From the NCBI GenBank assembly GCA_030390025.1, contig CM059452.1:8060001-8124000 (forward strand): 64,000 nt of DNA. Reading direction: 5' to 3'. Source of the DNA: Squalus acanthias. Its lineage: Eukaryota. Below the pieces are notes generated by a model, which saw nothing but the letters and a program-made list of their open reading frames with translations, made no database searches and had not been told where the DNA came from. Below, piece by piece: positions 1-12,436 of the stretch. Positions within the stretch are counted from its first letter, which is position 1; every line of letters begins with the position of its first letter. The translations under genes were made by a program, and so were the position numbers.

Positions 1-77
1 TCCCTCACACCTAACCGCCGGTTTCATTGTCTCTGGAATTCTCCAGTTTATTGATCTTTATTGTGATTGTTCTGCAG

Positions 78-502
78 CTAAACATCCGCGGGAACCGTCC
101 GTGTCTGTCCTCCTGCCCCCGGCAGAAGAAGTCTCCGCTCAGAGGTTCGTCACCCTCACCTGCTTAGTGAGAGGTTTCTCCCCCCGAGAGATCTTCGTCA
201 AGTGGACATTCAATGACAAGCCGGTGAATTCCGGCAACTACAAGAACACCGAGGTGATGGCGGAGAACGGCAGCAGTTCCTTCTTCATGTACAGCCTGTT
301 ATCCATTGCAGCGGAGGAGTGGGCCAGCGGCGCTTCTTACTCCTGTGTGGTGGGACATGAAGCGAACCACTTGAAGATCATTAACAGAACGATTAATAAA
401 TCCAGCGGTAAACCCAGTTTTGTGAACATTTCCCTTGTACTGATGGACACCGTCAATTCTTGTCAATTAGAATCTTTCGATTGCATTTCAGTTCTTGAAT
501 AA
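78..502 (+). CDS. IGHM: IgM heavy chain CH4 exon plus secretory tailpiece (left copy; stop-loss extends the tail by 11 aa)
   Basis: Acceptor ctgcag ends at 77. C1-set domain ([19 protein letters not shown]...YSCVVGHEA) followed by the shark IgM-type tail [21 protein letters not shown]. Internal TM donor G|GTAAAC at 407/408. AATAAA at 498-503 and 508-513. Confidence 0.95.
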
Positions 503-899
503 AAACCAATAAAGGCCTTTTCTTCCAATCGTCAGTTACACACACAGCCGCTCGATTAATTTTGTTTCCCATTTTTGCCAAGGGGAGGGCTGTTTATCTG
601 AAGCAGGATATTTGCCGGTCTCGGGCCCAAGGCTTGTACAGCCAGCGCTCCCAGCTCAGATACACCACGGGTTAGAGACAGACTGAAGCTCTTTCATGAC
701 AGGATTTCTCAAAGTCACTTCAGCAACTTTCCTCCCGCAGGGGGAATGAAAAAGTTCCAATTTCAGACAAGCAAACGCAGCACATTTAGATCTCGGTGTC
801 CCTGTTTCTCGTGTTGTCGATCTCTTCAGAATTGGGGTCGGTTTTATTTTGCAGCATCTCACCCTCTGGGATCTGAAATAAGGCCACACATGAACCCGA

Positions 900-3010
900 A
901 CTGTACCCTCACTCCCCCACCAGAGAGAGTGGAAACAGAGATATGGGAAAGTGCAATTGATAACCCACTGTCCCCCCACTCCCGCACCAGAGAGAGTGGA
1001 AAGGGCAATTGTTAATCCACTGTACCCCCACTCCCCCAACAGAGAGAGGGGAAAGGGTAATTGTTAACCCACTGTACCTCCCACTCCCCCACCAGAGAGA
1101 GGGGAAAGGGCAATTGTTAACACACTGTACCTCCCACTCCCCCACCAGAGAGAGGGGAAAGGGCAATTGTTAACCCACTGTACCCCTACTCCCCCACCAG
1201 AGAGAGGGGAAAGGGCAATTGTTAACCCACTGTACCCCCACTCCCCCACCAGAGAGAGGGGAAAGGGCAATTGTTAACCCACTGTACCCACCACTCCCCC
1301 ACCAGAGAGAGGGGAAAGGGTATTTGTTAACTCACTGTATCCCCACTCCTCCAGCAGAGAGAGGAGAAATTGTAATTGTTAACCCACTGTACCTCACTCA
1401 CCAGAGAGAGGGGAAAGGGCAATTGATAACCCACTGTAACCACCCCCCCCCCGACTCCCCCACCAGAGAGAGGGGAAAGGGCATTTGATAACCCACTGTA
1501 CCCCCACTCCCACACCAGAGAGAGGGGAAAGGGCAATTGTTAACCCACTGTACCTCCCACTTCCCGACCAGAGAGAGGGGAAAGGGCAATTGTTAACCCA
1601 CTGTACCCCCCACTCCCACACCAGAGAGAGGGGAAAGGGCAATTGTTAACACAATGTACCCCCCACTCCCCCACCAGAGAGAGGGGAAAGGGCAATTGTT
1701 AACCCACTGTACCTCCCCACATCCCCACCAAAGAGAGGGAAAAGGGAAGTTGTTAACCCTGTATCTCCCCCCACCCCCCAGTCCGCCACCAGTGGGAGGG
1801 CACAGGGCAATTGTTAACTCGCTGTCCCTCCCACTCCTCCACCAGAGAGAGGGGAAAGGGCAATTGTTAACCCACTGTACCTCCCACACCCCACCAGATA
1901 GAGAGGAAAGTGTAATTGTTAACCCACTGTACCCCCCACTCCCCCAAGTGCGAGAGGGTAAAGGGCAATTGTTAACCCATTGTACTCCCACTCCCCCACC
2001 AGAGAGAGGGGAAAGGGCAATTGTTAACTCACTGTACCCCCCACTACCCCACCAGAGAGAGGGGATAGGGCAATTGTTAACCCACTGTACCTCCCACATC
2101 CCCACCAGAGAGAGCGGAAAGTGTAATTGTTAACCCACTGTACCCCCCACTCCCCAAACAAAGAGAGAGTAAAGGGCAATTGTTAACCCACTGTACGTCC
2201 CACTCCCTCACCAGAGAGAGGGGAAAGGGCAATTGTTAACCCACTGTACCCCCACTCCCCCACCATTGAGAGGGGAAAGGGCAATTGTTAACCCACTGTA
2301 CCCGCCACTCCCCCAACAAAGAGAGGGTAAAGGGCAATTGTTAACCCACTGTACCTCCCACTCCCCCACCAGAGAGAGGGGAAAGGGAAATTGTTAACCC
2401 GCTGTCCCTCCCACTCCTCCACAAGAGAGAGGGGAAAGGGTAATTGTTAACCCACTGTACCCCCACTCCCCCACCAGAGAGAGGTGAAAGTGTAATTGTT
2501 AACCCACTGTACCCCCCACTCCCCCAACAAAGAGAGGGTAAAGGGCAATTGTTAACCCACTGTACCTCCCACTCCCTCACCAGAGAGAGGGGAAAGGGCA
2601 ATTGTTAACCCTCTGTACCCCCACTCCCCCACCAGAGAGAGGGGAAAGGGCAATTGTTAACCCACTGTACCCCTACTCCCCCACCAGAGAGAGGGGAAAG
2701 GGCAGTTGTTAACCCACTGTAACCCCCACTCCCACACCAAAGAGGAAAGGGCAATTGGTAACCCACTGTACCTCCCACTTCCCGACCAGAGAGAGGGGAA
2801 AGGACAATTGTTAACCCACTGTACCCCCCACTCCCACACCAGAGAGAGGGGAAAGGGCAATTGTTAACACAATGTACCCCCCACTCCCCCACCAGAGAGA
2901 GGGGAAAGGGCAATTGTTAACCCACTGTACCTCCCACTCCCCCACCAGAGAGAGGGGAAAGGGTAATTGTCAACCCACTGTACCTCCCACTCACCCACCA
3001 GAGAGAGTGG
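900..3010. repeat. 52-53 bp minisatellite in the CH4-TM1 intron (left copy)
   Basis: Tandem unit aattgttaacccactgtacccccactcccccaccagagagaggggaaagggc. It produces many spurious repetitive ORFs. Confidence 0.95.
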
Positions 3011-3344
3011 AGTTGAACCAATCTCTATTATATGAACTCAGTTGCCATCAGTAAAAAGTCAGCTTCAACTCACAGTCTAAAAACGTTAAAATTGCCGGAT
3101 GAGAATCCTATTGTAAAATAAATATTTATTCTACAACTTATCTTTAACTAGTGTTTGGGGTAAATCTGTCTCTGTTATTCATAAACTAACAGATTGAATT
3201 TTAACGGTCCAATTCTGAACTGGTGATTGAATCCTCTGCGGGTTTCTCACGGTTGTGTCCCTGATGGTTCTGAGGCCCATCGGCTGACGTCACATTGCGT
3301 CTCACACAGAACACATTACACAGAGCGGGGACGAATGCGAGTAA

Positions 3345-3950
3345 AAGTGAGTGTGTGTGTGTTTATGTGTAAGTGCGTTTCAGATTTTGTGTAATTGTGT
3401 GTGTTTTGTGTAAGTGCACACTTCCACATAAACACACACAGACTTACACATAACCACACGCATTAACACATTGACATAGAATATTACACATACCCAGAAT
3501 ATAATACACACCGTCATTGTCAGACCCAGTTATTGGTACTCTCTGAAACTTTTAACAGTAGCAGAAATACACACACGCACACCCTTAAACAAAACGCACA
3601 AAAACACATGCATTAACACACACACTTACACACGCATAAACTCACACATCAACATAAACACACACATACAAACACACACACTTACATGCAAACAGACACA
3701 GTTACACATAAACACACACACGCTTCAACCTGAACATACACAAACACTTACACATAACCATGAACATACACATAAACACACACATGGACGCACATACACA
3801 AAAACAAACACACACTTAAAAATACACGCACACTTACACATAAATACAAATATATAGAATTACACAAGCACACACACCAACACAGCAACACAAACATTAA
3901 CACACAAACACAGACTAAATCAAAACAAGAGATTGTCATACACACTAAGG
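3345..3950. repeat. Degenerate (CA/TG)-rich low-complexity tract
   Basis: CACA-rich sequence; inverted counterpart at about 56760-57480. Confidence 0.85.
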
Positions 3951-4594
3951 AAATAAGAATGCGTGCAGAAAACGTCAGGCTATAGACGGATGTAGAATTA
4001 AAATGCACTTTTTTACGGACACAGTCTCCAACGATTGTAGTGAATAAATAATTCCTGATACCATAACATCTCACATTTTCTATTCTGCGCCTACACATAC
4101 ACTGAATCAATGTTCTTGTTGGAAACTAATACAAATTAATTATATTCAGAGCATTGCCATAACAAATAAATAAACAAGATTATAACTCACATCTGATCTC
4201 TCACCCAGCCCTTGACAGTCTCCGAATAAGTAGTTACTAAAACCTATCGTTAAAATAATCGTTATCAATCAGTAAACCTCCCTCGATATTTCATCGTATT
4301 ATTCCCGAAGGATAGATTGTACGAAATTGATGCAAAATCAATTAGCGTGTGACATTGAAGAAAAAGCTGTCGTTTTTTCCAACATGGTCTATAGGAGGAT
4401 CCTAAAGGAAGAGTGACTGTGGAGTTAGGAACAGAGATAGATTGCTGAGAGAGATTAACTTAACACAAGATATACATTGACAATTAAATTAGAGAACAAA
4501 ATATTACCTTAAGGAAAAGAGAATATAAAATAATAATATGATATCATAGATTAATAGGCGATCTGAATATATTTCCTCCTCTACATCCCCGTAG

Positions 4595-4722
4595 ATTCCT
4601 CAGACCACATCTTGATTGAAGACTATGAGGAAGAGAGCGGCAACATCTGGACAACCGCTTCCACATTCATCATCCTGTTCTTCCTGAGCATGTCCTACAG
4701 CGCTGCCGTCACTCTAGTGAAG
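4595..4722 (+). CDS. IGHM: IgM TM1 exon (left copy)
   Basis: Acceptor gtag ends at 4594; translates (D)SSDHILIEDYEEESGNIWTTASTFIILFFLSMSYSAAVTLVK, a CART-motif Ig transmembrane segment; donor gtgaga at 4723. Confidence 0.95.
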
Positions 4723-4862
4723 GTGAGAAGATTCAATCCACTCACACTTCGATCGGACTGAAGCGGTTTGACAAATCTCTAAAAGTTTCATTGATAAAAA
4801 CCCTGAGATAAATGCCCCAAACCACTAAATCTCTGCTTCATTCTTTTATCCCTCTTTTACAG

Positions 4863-4871
4863 GTCAAGTGA
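4863..4871 (+). CDS. IGHM: IgM TM2 exon (VK*), left copy
   Basis: ttttacag|GTC AAG TGA, giving a KVK tail. AATAAA at 4935-4940 and about 5328. Confidence 0.9.
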   Translation, partial: VK

Positions 4872-5442
4872 ACGGTTGGATTTCGGACGCCGTGGATTTT
4901 CCTCATCTGTTTATTAACATCTCTGTGTCCTGAAAATAAAACCTCCTTTTGGTGATTCTCAGAGTCAAATGCCTTCAGTTAATAGACCTGAATCTGTAGA
5001 TGAGAAAATCATAACCGGGATTTCCGTCTCTCTGTTTGTAATTTGTGAGATAATCGTGGCTATAATGTAAATGTATCTTAGAGTTTCACTGTTGTTTGAA
5101 TATTTCATGTGTAAATAAGTCACTTTTCTGGTTCCTAATTCACAATTCGTTCCCTTCCCTTTATGTAGAGCCCCTGTTTTCTCTCCCTGGTGTCTGTTAC
5201 AGTTGTACAGATAGCTGGCAGCTTAAACCACCTTGGGTTCTGGTATCAATGTGACGCTCAGTTGTTACGTTCACTTTGTGTTAACTTTTTAAAAACTTCT
5301 CTGTAAATTGTTCTCTATGAAATTGTTAATAAATCTGGATGACAAATGGACTAATTTGGACTTTGCTGAATTCCTTCCTCCAAAGCTCCTCCACACCGCT
5401 CCATTTCCCTATCACACTTTGTTTTACAATCAGTATTTATAG

Positions 5443-5533
5443 TGAGAAGTCGCACAACACCAGGTTATAGTCCAACAGTTTTATTTGAAATCACAAGCTT
5501 TCGGAGCGGCTGCTCCTTCGTCAGGTGAAGTCC
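5443..5533 (-). mobile_element. 91-bp Penelope-type terminal fragment nested in the CR1 5' end
   Basis: Flanked by a TATAG duplication (5438-5442 and 5534-5538) that interrupts the CR1 sequence aatcagtattt-tagggaaatggtg. Contains a hammerhead motif and a downstream AATAAA on the minus strand. Confidence 0.75.
5491..5528 (-). ncRNA. Minimal type I hammerhead ribozyme motif
   Basis: Minus strand: tcac CTGACGA a ggagc-agcc-gctcc GAAA GC T T gtga, i.e. stem I, catalytic core, stem II, palindromic AGCT stem III and NUH site. Confidence 0.75.
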
Positions 5534-8500
5534 TATAGGGAAATGGTGTTCGGGAAATTGACGGGATTGAAGGCCGATAAATCCCCAGGGCCTGATAATC
5601 TACATCCTAGGGTACTTAAGGAAGTGGCCCTAGAAATAGTAGATGTATTGCTGGTCATCTTCCAAAATTATATAGACTCTGGAACAGTTCCCATGGATTG
5701 GAGGGTAGCTAATGTAACCCCACTATTGAAAAACGGTTGTAGAGAGAAAACGGGGAATAATAGACCGGTAAGCCTGACATCGGTAGTGGGGAAAATGCTC
5801 GAGTCCATTATAAAAGATGTAATAGCAGAGCACTTGGAAAACAGTGACAGGATCGGACAAAGTCAACATGGATTTACAAAAGGTAAATCATGCTTGACTA
5901 ATCTACTGGAATTTTTTCAGGATGTAACTGGTAGAATAGATAAGGGAGAACCAGTGGATGTGGTGTATTTGGACTTTCAGAAGGCTTTCGATAAGGTCCC
6001 GCATAAGAGATTAGCGTGCAAAGTTAAAGCACATGGAATTGGGGGTAAGGTACTGACTTGGATAGAAAACTGGTTGGCAGACAGGAAGCAAAGAGTTGGA
6101 ATAAACGGGTCTTTTTCCGAGTGGCAGGCAGTGACTAGTGGGGTACCGCAGGGCTCGGTGCTAGGACCCCAGTTATTCACAATATATATTAATGATCTGG
6201 ACGAGGGAACTAGATGTACTATCTCCACGTTTGCAGACGACACAAAGCTGGGTGGGCGTGTGTGCTGTGAGGAGGATGCAGAGAAACTCCAGTATGATTT
6301 GGACAGGTTGCATGGTGATTGGGCAGATGCATGGCAGATGCAGTATATTGTGGATAAATGCGAGGTTATCCACTTTGGTGGCAAAAACAGGAAGGCAGAT
6401 TATTATCTGAACGGCAATAGAATGGGAAAAGGGGAAGTGCAACGAGACCTGGGTGTCCTTGTGCACCAGTCGCTGAAGGTAAGCATGCAGGTGCAGCAGG
6501 CGGTTAAGAAGGCAAATGGTATGTTGGCCTTCATAGCGAGAGGATTCGAGTACAGGAGCAAGGATGTCTTGCTGCAGTTGTACAGGGCCTTGGTGAGACC
6601 ACACCTTGAGTATTGTGTGCAGTTTTGGTCGCCTTATCTGAGGAAGGATGTTCTTGCCATAGAGGGAGTGCAGCGAAGATTCACCAGACTGATACCTGGG
6701 ATGGCAGGAATGACGTATGAAGAGAGATTTGGTCGATTAGGCTTATATTCGCTAGAGTTTAGAAGAATGAGAGGGGATCTCATTGAAACTTATAAAATTC
6801 TAACAGGACTAGACAGACTAGATGCAGGAAGGCTGTTCCCGATGGCGGGGGAGTCCAGAACCAGGGGTCACAGTCTAAGGATAAGGGGTAAGCCATTTAG
6901 GACTGAGATGAGGAGGAATTTCTTCACCCAGAGAGTGGTGAACCTGTGGAATTCTCTACCACAGAAGGCAGTTGAGGCCAATTTATTAAATATATTCAAG
7001 AAGGAGTTAGATATATTTCTTAAGGCTAAGGGGATCAAGGGATATGGGGAGAAAGCAGGGACAGGGTACTGAATTTGGATGATCAGCCATGATCGCATTG
7101 AATGGCGGAAGAGGCTCGAGGGGCCGAATGGCCTACTCCTGCTCCTATCTTCTATGTTTCTATGTTTTATTTCCCTGACAGGTTTGAACCCAAGTCCCTT
7201 CGGTTAAGGAGCCACTGCGCCACCCAGTGCCCTATCAGTGTAAAGACACCTTTACCCGTGCCTTTTTATGTCAAGACCCAGAGGCGGAATGACTGCACAG
7301 CGACCAGGCGCCCATTGCAGTCTCCTCTAATATTATGGCCTGCAACAGTCACATGCCAGGTTCTAATAAAGAGCAGGGCTCTGCTCCATCACAGCTTGAT
7401 ACATTACAGTACATGGCAGAGTAAATATCCCTCTACACTGTTCCATCAAACGCTCCCACGGCAGGTACACACTTGTTAGATATCTGACACAGACACACTG
7501 GGGAGCACATACCCTGGAAATGATTCTAAGAGTCTGGGGCCTATCCGACACACAGGCTATCTCTACAGCTTTTCTTTTGTACGCACACACATAGACTGTC
7601 TTCACTTTTTCTGCTATACACACAAACTATCTCTCTCTCCACCTGCTCTGTTAGATTCCACACAGACCAATAAAAGAGTCGGCCCAGCACTGGGGTAACC
7701 ACTTCCAACCCTTCTCCAATCTGAGCCACACCCATTTACCCTGACCATCTGTCTCCTGTGTCCCTGACGACCTTTCTCCCTGCTCTGCTCCATTCCCCCT
7801 TGTACCTCCCTGAACTCACTGATCATCACCCCAGGGATCCTTTCTCCCTGCTCTGCTCCATTCCCTCTGTACCATCTCCATGAACTCAGTGAACATCACT
7901 GCTGTGTACCGCCTATGACCTTCAGATCTCCGCTCCCTGTTTCCCTGAAGTTTTGCTCCACGCCCTTAACCGGATCCTTGGACTCTTTCGGTGCCTCCCG
8001 GCCCCGGGAACATCTCCAGAGGTTTCTGGCCCGACCCGAGTATCTTCCTGCAGTCTCCCTCTGATGCGGCGCCGCTTTCCCTCTGAACCCCTGGAGTCCA
8101 GGCGCGAGGTCTCCTGTGGTTGAATTTATGATCGGGTTGAAGAACGGAAGAATTAGGCGGCCCTTCTGAAGGGCTGGGAAGGAACATTGCAAATTGATGG
8201 AGTTGCTGTTTAAACTATGTCTCTGCCTCAATCTCTTTCCCTCCCCTCAAAGCGACAAATACCTTCAGCCACCATCGCTGTGTCTCCCGGCTCTGTATCC
8301 TGTTTCCAGGCTCCGAGAATATCGGGTGGTACAGGGCCCATTGAAGACTTTCCGAGCTGACACCCCCGGGGTCACAGCCCTGATCCCTGACCCTCAATGA
8401 ATGTGAAAATCAGCCAATCGCGGTGCTGTGACATGTGAAAAGCATTGTGGCGTCATCCAGTTCAGGGCAAAGTGGCGGCGGCCATGTTTGTGTGTCGTGC

Positions 8501-9533
8501 GGTGTGACATGTGACTTCAACTCCCACGAAAGAAACGATCTCCCTTTCTTAATAAAACGGAGAAAATATGCGACAGAGATAAAGATACAGACAGCGACAA
8601 TTGAAGCGATTCCACTCAACCCCGAACAGAAGTTGCGCATGTGCAAAAAGTGCTCCCAGGGAGCAGCACGGCCCTTGGTCCACATTGGGCCTATTCTGGC
8701 CCGCTGTGCATTTTGGGAATCTTTGTCCTTCATGGCTGCTTAAATCACTGACAGGGTGTGAGCCAACTGAAACACTGAATGGCTGTTTATTACATCCTCC
8801 CTCGGGGAAACTGCCACACAGTCAGAGTTCTCCTTTCAGGCCAATAACACTTGGTCAGATTTATTGCAGGTTAACTAACGCACGGAAGTTCAATGAGGCA
8901 GCCAGTGACCGGAACAGCAAGAATAGCGAAAGAGTTCAGAAATCTCTCTATTTTCTCCACAGATCTCCCGAAACATTCAACCAATTTTCTCTTTCATGTC
9001 CTCTCCCATTCGGTTGTGGGTTTCCAACACCTCTGTTTTCAAGCTTGGAAAGTGGCATCTAAATATAGTGAAACTAAAATAGAGTAATGGTTCGGAGGAT
9101 TTCCCGAGCACCTCAATACATTAAGTATTCGGTTTTGAAGGAATACACGAGATGAAATAACGCACACAGGCAGAATATGGGAACCAGATCCTGTCCCATT
9201 AACGGAGCGACCAGCAGGAGGTTCCTGGCCCTGTCAGCAGCCTCTTTCTCGGAGCTGATCTTAACATCGATCCACGACTTTAAGTCAAAACAGCTGATCA
9301 GAAGTAGAAAGGACAGTTTAATCAGTCGGTTCATTTCGGACCAATTCGGATTCTGCAGTTTGTTTTCTCGGCCGCTCCTGGAAACAGTTGGGTGACAGTT
9401 TGATCCGAGGTTAATTTGGTTTCCTCTCGGTGTGTGTTTGAGCGCCTGACAGCGCGCTGCTCATTGTGGCTGCATCTGCCCGCGATTCCACACAACCCCA
9501 ACAGACAGGAGCTCCGCCCTACAGTCCAATGGC

Positions 9534-9572
9534 AGTTTTTGTACAGGGCTGAGACTGCTTTCCATCACTGTG
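9534..9572 (-). other. 23-RSS of V1
   Basis: CACAGTG + 23 nt + ACAAAAACT. Confidence 0.92.
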
Positions 9573-10040
9573 AGTCCCAGAGAAAGCGCAGTAATACACG
9601 GCAGAATCAGTCAGCTGCAGCCCGGAGATGGTTAAACTGGTGAATTTAGTCGCGGTCTGGAGCTCAGCAGAGAAACGGGTTTTAGCAAAATCTGCTTTAT
9701 ATTCAGCACCGCCCGAGCTTTTCCACAGTATAAACTCGGGCTGTGTGTCTGGGTGTTGCCGGTACCAGTATAAATAATAGCCGCTCCTTGTAGTATCATA
9801 GGTGCAGCTTAAAGTCACCGCTTCTCCTTCTGTCTCAACTCCTGAGGACAGCGGCTGAGTGACAGAATCTCCAAGACTCAGATCTGAAAAACATGTTCAA
9901 ACAAGAAAAGATCAGACCGGCGGGTGTTTAAAATTCAGATTCAAAACATGTTAGAAATGAGCGAAAAGCTAAAATGTCTTTGGTCCACAATTACCTGTCA
10001 GAACTGCCCCCCACACAGCCCAGATGCTGAGTAGCTGCAT
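9573..10040 (-). CDS. TCR alpha/delta-type V segment V1, intact (L exon 9995-10040, V exon 9573-9883)
   Basis: MQLLSIWAVWGAVLT/DLSLGDSVTQPLSSGVETEGEAVTLSCTYDTTRSGYYLYWYRQ...DSAVYYCAFSG; GT/AG phase-1 intron. Confidence 0.9.
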
Positions 10041-11562
10041 TGTCGCTGTCCGCTCTGTAAAAGGGGGGTTGGATATTTGAAGACACCCGTTCTAATCCCC
10101 GCCCTCAATAATCTGCTGTCGTGTCTCAGGATGCTCTCACCTCACTTCCTTGTGTCCCCAGTGCTGCTGTGAGACCGGTAGGTGGTGAGTTGGCTGCCCG
10201 TGAATGGAAACACGCCGAGCTGGGCTACAGCCAGTGGGCTTTTAGGGGAATGGTTCCGCTTTTAGAGACTGGGGGTGGGATTGAACCCGTGTCGAGTTTG
10301 TGACTAAAAAACTCAGGATTGTTAATGGATTTGGTTTATTCCGGGGTCAATTCTTTCTCCAGAATTCCGTTAGTTTCACCGTCAGAACAGTGGTAGCCGT
10401 GACTGCTGTGAGCTTTCACTTACGGGTCAGTTAACTAGTGAACTAACAATAATTCTTTATTTTATCGGAGTGATTTATAGATCTGTGATATTCGAGCGAT
10501 GGTATCTGCTGTTACTGAACAAACAATTGAACAGACATAAAAATAAACTCTCTCTTTAACTTAACCAGCGTTTCCCTTCTGTGGTTTGCATTAAAAATGT
10601 TTTAATTATATCTGACGATTTGTTACCTTCGTTGTGCCTGTAATGGTTAATTTACTGATACATAATTTTCAGATTTTAAATTTTCAATGAGAGAGAATGG
10701 AGGGAGCGGCCCGTCGACGCGTTTCAGCACTTTCCCGCGATGTTCCCGGCAGCAGAGGAGGGGCGGGGGGAGCGGCTTCAAACTCCCAGGGTGAGGTGTC
10801 GGGCGGGTCCTCGTTAACAGGAGCTCAACACCAGCAGGGAGTGAAAAACTGTCCTTACAACTTTCACTCAAATTATAAAAGGATGTGGCGCAGAAAAAGA
10901 AACAAACTACAGGCGGTTTCGGTTTGTCTTTCGCCCCTTTAACATCGATCTCCGTCATCGGTACAGTTAATGGCTTCAGAAATCAGATCTCAGGCTGTGT
11001 CTTTCACTCACATTTTGATCTTTCTTTCCCCATCTTCCACACCCTTCCACTGGGTTGTATCAGAAACCAATCCTTCAATATGATGGATGTCTTTTTGTGT
11101 TGATTATTTTCCGATGTGCCGAACCAGCCCGGTGAGGATTTCAAATATTAAACTTCAAGTCATTCCAAAATTTACACAATCGTTGCAGAAACAGCATTTA
11201 ACTCACTGCCCGGGGTCTGATCCATAAAAGGAATATTGTGACATGACGCCCTCTGGTGGATATTCTGAGAACTGTTCCGATGTCGCTGGACAGGGTGCGA
11301 GGAATCCTGTCTTTATTCACTGACCTGTCTGTAGTTCCTGTTTATGGGAAGCTGGGTTGGAGCGGTTTTGAATTAATATACCCAGCAGCCGCAAAGGTTT
11401 TACATCGTTAACCTTAAGACTGGAAGATGGAATTTCATTCCATGATGGGTAAAGAGTGGAGACAGGGGATGAAAAGGGACAGGCAGGCACGGAAAGGGCA
11501 TCGAAAGACAAAACGTGAGTTAAGGAGGCACAGATGCATTTGCGAAATGTATTTTTTATTAT

Positions 11563-12230
11563 CTTCTTCTTCTTCTTAGGCAGTCCCTCGGAACCGATTA
11601 TGACTTGCTTCCACCTTAAAAATGAGTTCTCAGGTGACTGATGAGTCCAATGCGGGACCTACAGTCTCTGTCACAGGTGGGGCAGACGGTGGCTGAAGGG
11701 GTGGGTGGGTGGGGTGTTTGGGTTGACGTGCGCTCCTTGCGCTGCTTGCGCTTGGCTTCCGCTTGCTCCCGGCGAAGAGACTCGAGGTGTTCGGCGCCTT
11801 CCCGGATGCTTCTCCTCCACTTTGTGCGATCTTGGGCCAGGGATTCCCAGGTGTCAGTGGGGATGTTGCACTTTTTCAAGGAGGCTTTGAGGGTGTCCTT
11901 GAAGCGTTTCCTCTGCCCACCTGGGGCTCTCTTGCCGTGTCGGAGCTCCGAGTAGAGCGCTTGTTTTGGGAGTCTTGTATCGGGCATGCGGACAATGTGA
12001 CCCGTCCATCGGAGCTGATCGAGCGTGGTCAAAGCTTCGATGCTGGGGATGTTGGCCTGAGCGCGAACACTGACGTTGGTGCGCCTATCCTGCCAATGGA
12101 TTTGCAGGATCTTGCGGAGGCAGCGTTGGTGGTACCTCTCCAGTGCTTTGAGGTGCCTGCTGTACATGGTCCATGTCTCTGAGGCATACAGCAGGGCGGG
12201 TATCACTGCTGCTCTGTAGACCATGAGCTT
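11563..12230 (-). mobile_element. RTE-clade LINE 3' fragment
   Basis: ORF 11616-12224 (LLYASETW...CLRKIL...CPTCDRDCRSRIGLISHLRTH) and a (GAA)n tail. Absent from the homologous right-arm sequence. Confidence 0.88.
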
Positions 12231-12436
12231 AGAGCTCAGTGATTTTTATTATAAATGATAGTTGAAATCACCAACTAATATAATTCCGCTGGTGGACCTC
12301 ACCGGTTCTTGTGTGTTGTGTTTCATTGGCCTTTTAAGAAGGTCCCTGTGACTCTCACTGTGGAGACTGAATTGTCGCTTCTGTTTATCGGTGTGAGAGC
12401 GCCCTCTGGTGAGCACTAACTGGAAGTCTCAGACTG

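Larger units (their letters stand above)
5427..7162 (+). mobile_element. 5'-truncated CR1 LINE (RT half of ORF2), present in the left arm only
   Basis: ORF 5525-7072 has YLDFQKAFDKVPH, GVPQGSVLGP and FADD. 3' tail tatgtttctatg. TGTTTTA target-site duplication at 5420-5426 and 7163-7169; the homologous right-arm site (about 55280) is empty. Confidence 0.93.
1..12420 (+). repeat. Left arm of the large inverted segmental duplication (partner about 52290-60620)
   Basis: Exons, introns, minisatellites and the 7170-9266 flank all recur in reverse complement, with arm-specific insertions and deletions. Confidence 0.9.

Noticed and set aside
78-502. IgNAR or IgW identity for the constant exons
   Set aside because: The CH3/CH4 sequences and the [15 protein letters not shown] tail fit shark IgM. 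An IgM subclass cannot be assigned without CH1, CH2 and VDJ.
909-3054. Many overlapping ORFs (MPFPLSLVGEW..., LTHCTPTPPPER...), also at 57784-59798
   Set aside because: They are translations of the 52-53 bp minisatellite, not genes.
8410-9087. ORFs conserved between the two arms (also 52883-53605)
   Set aside because: Conservation reflects the duplication; no recognisable domain, and the ORF boundaries differ between copies.
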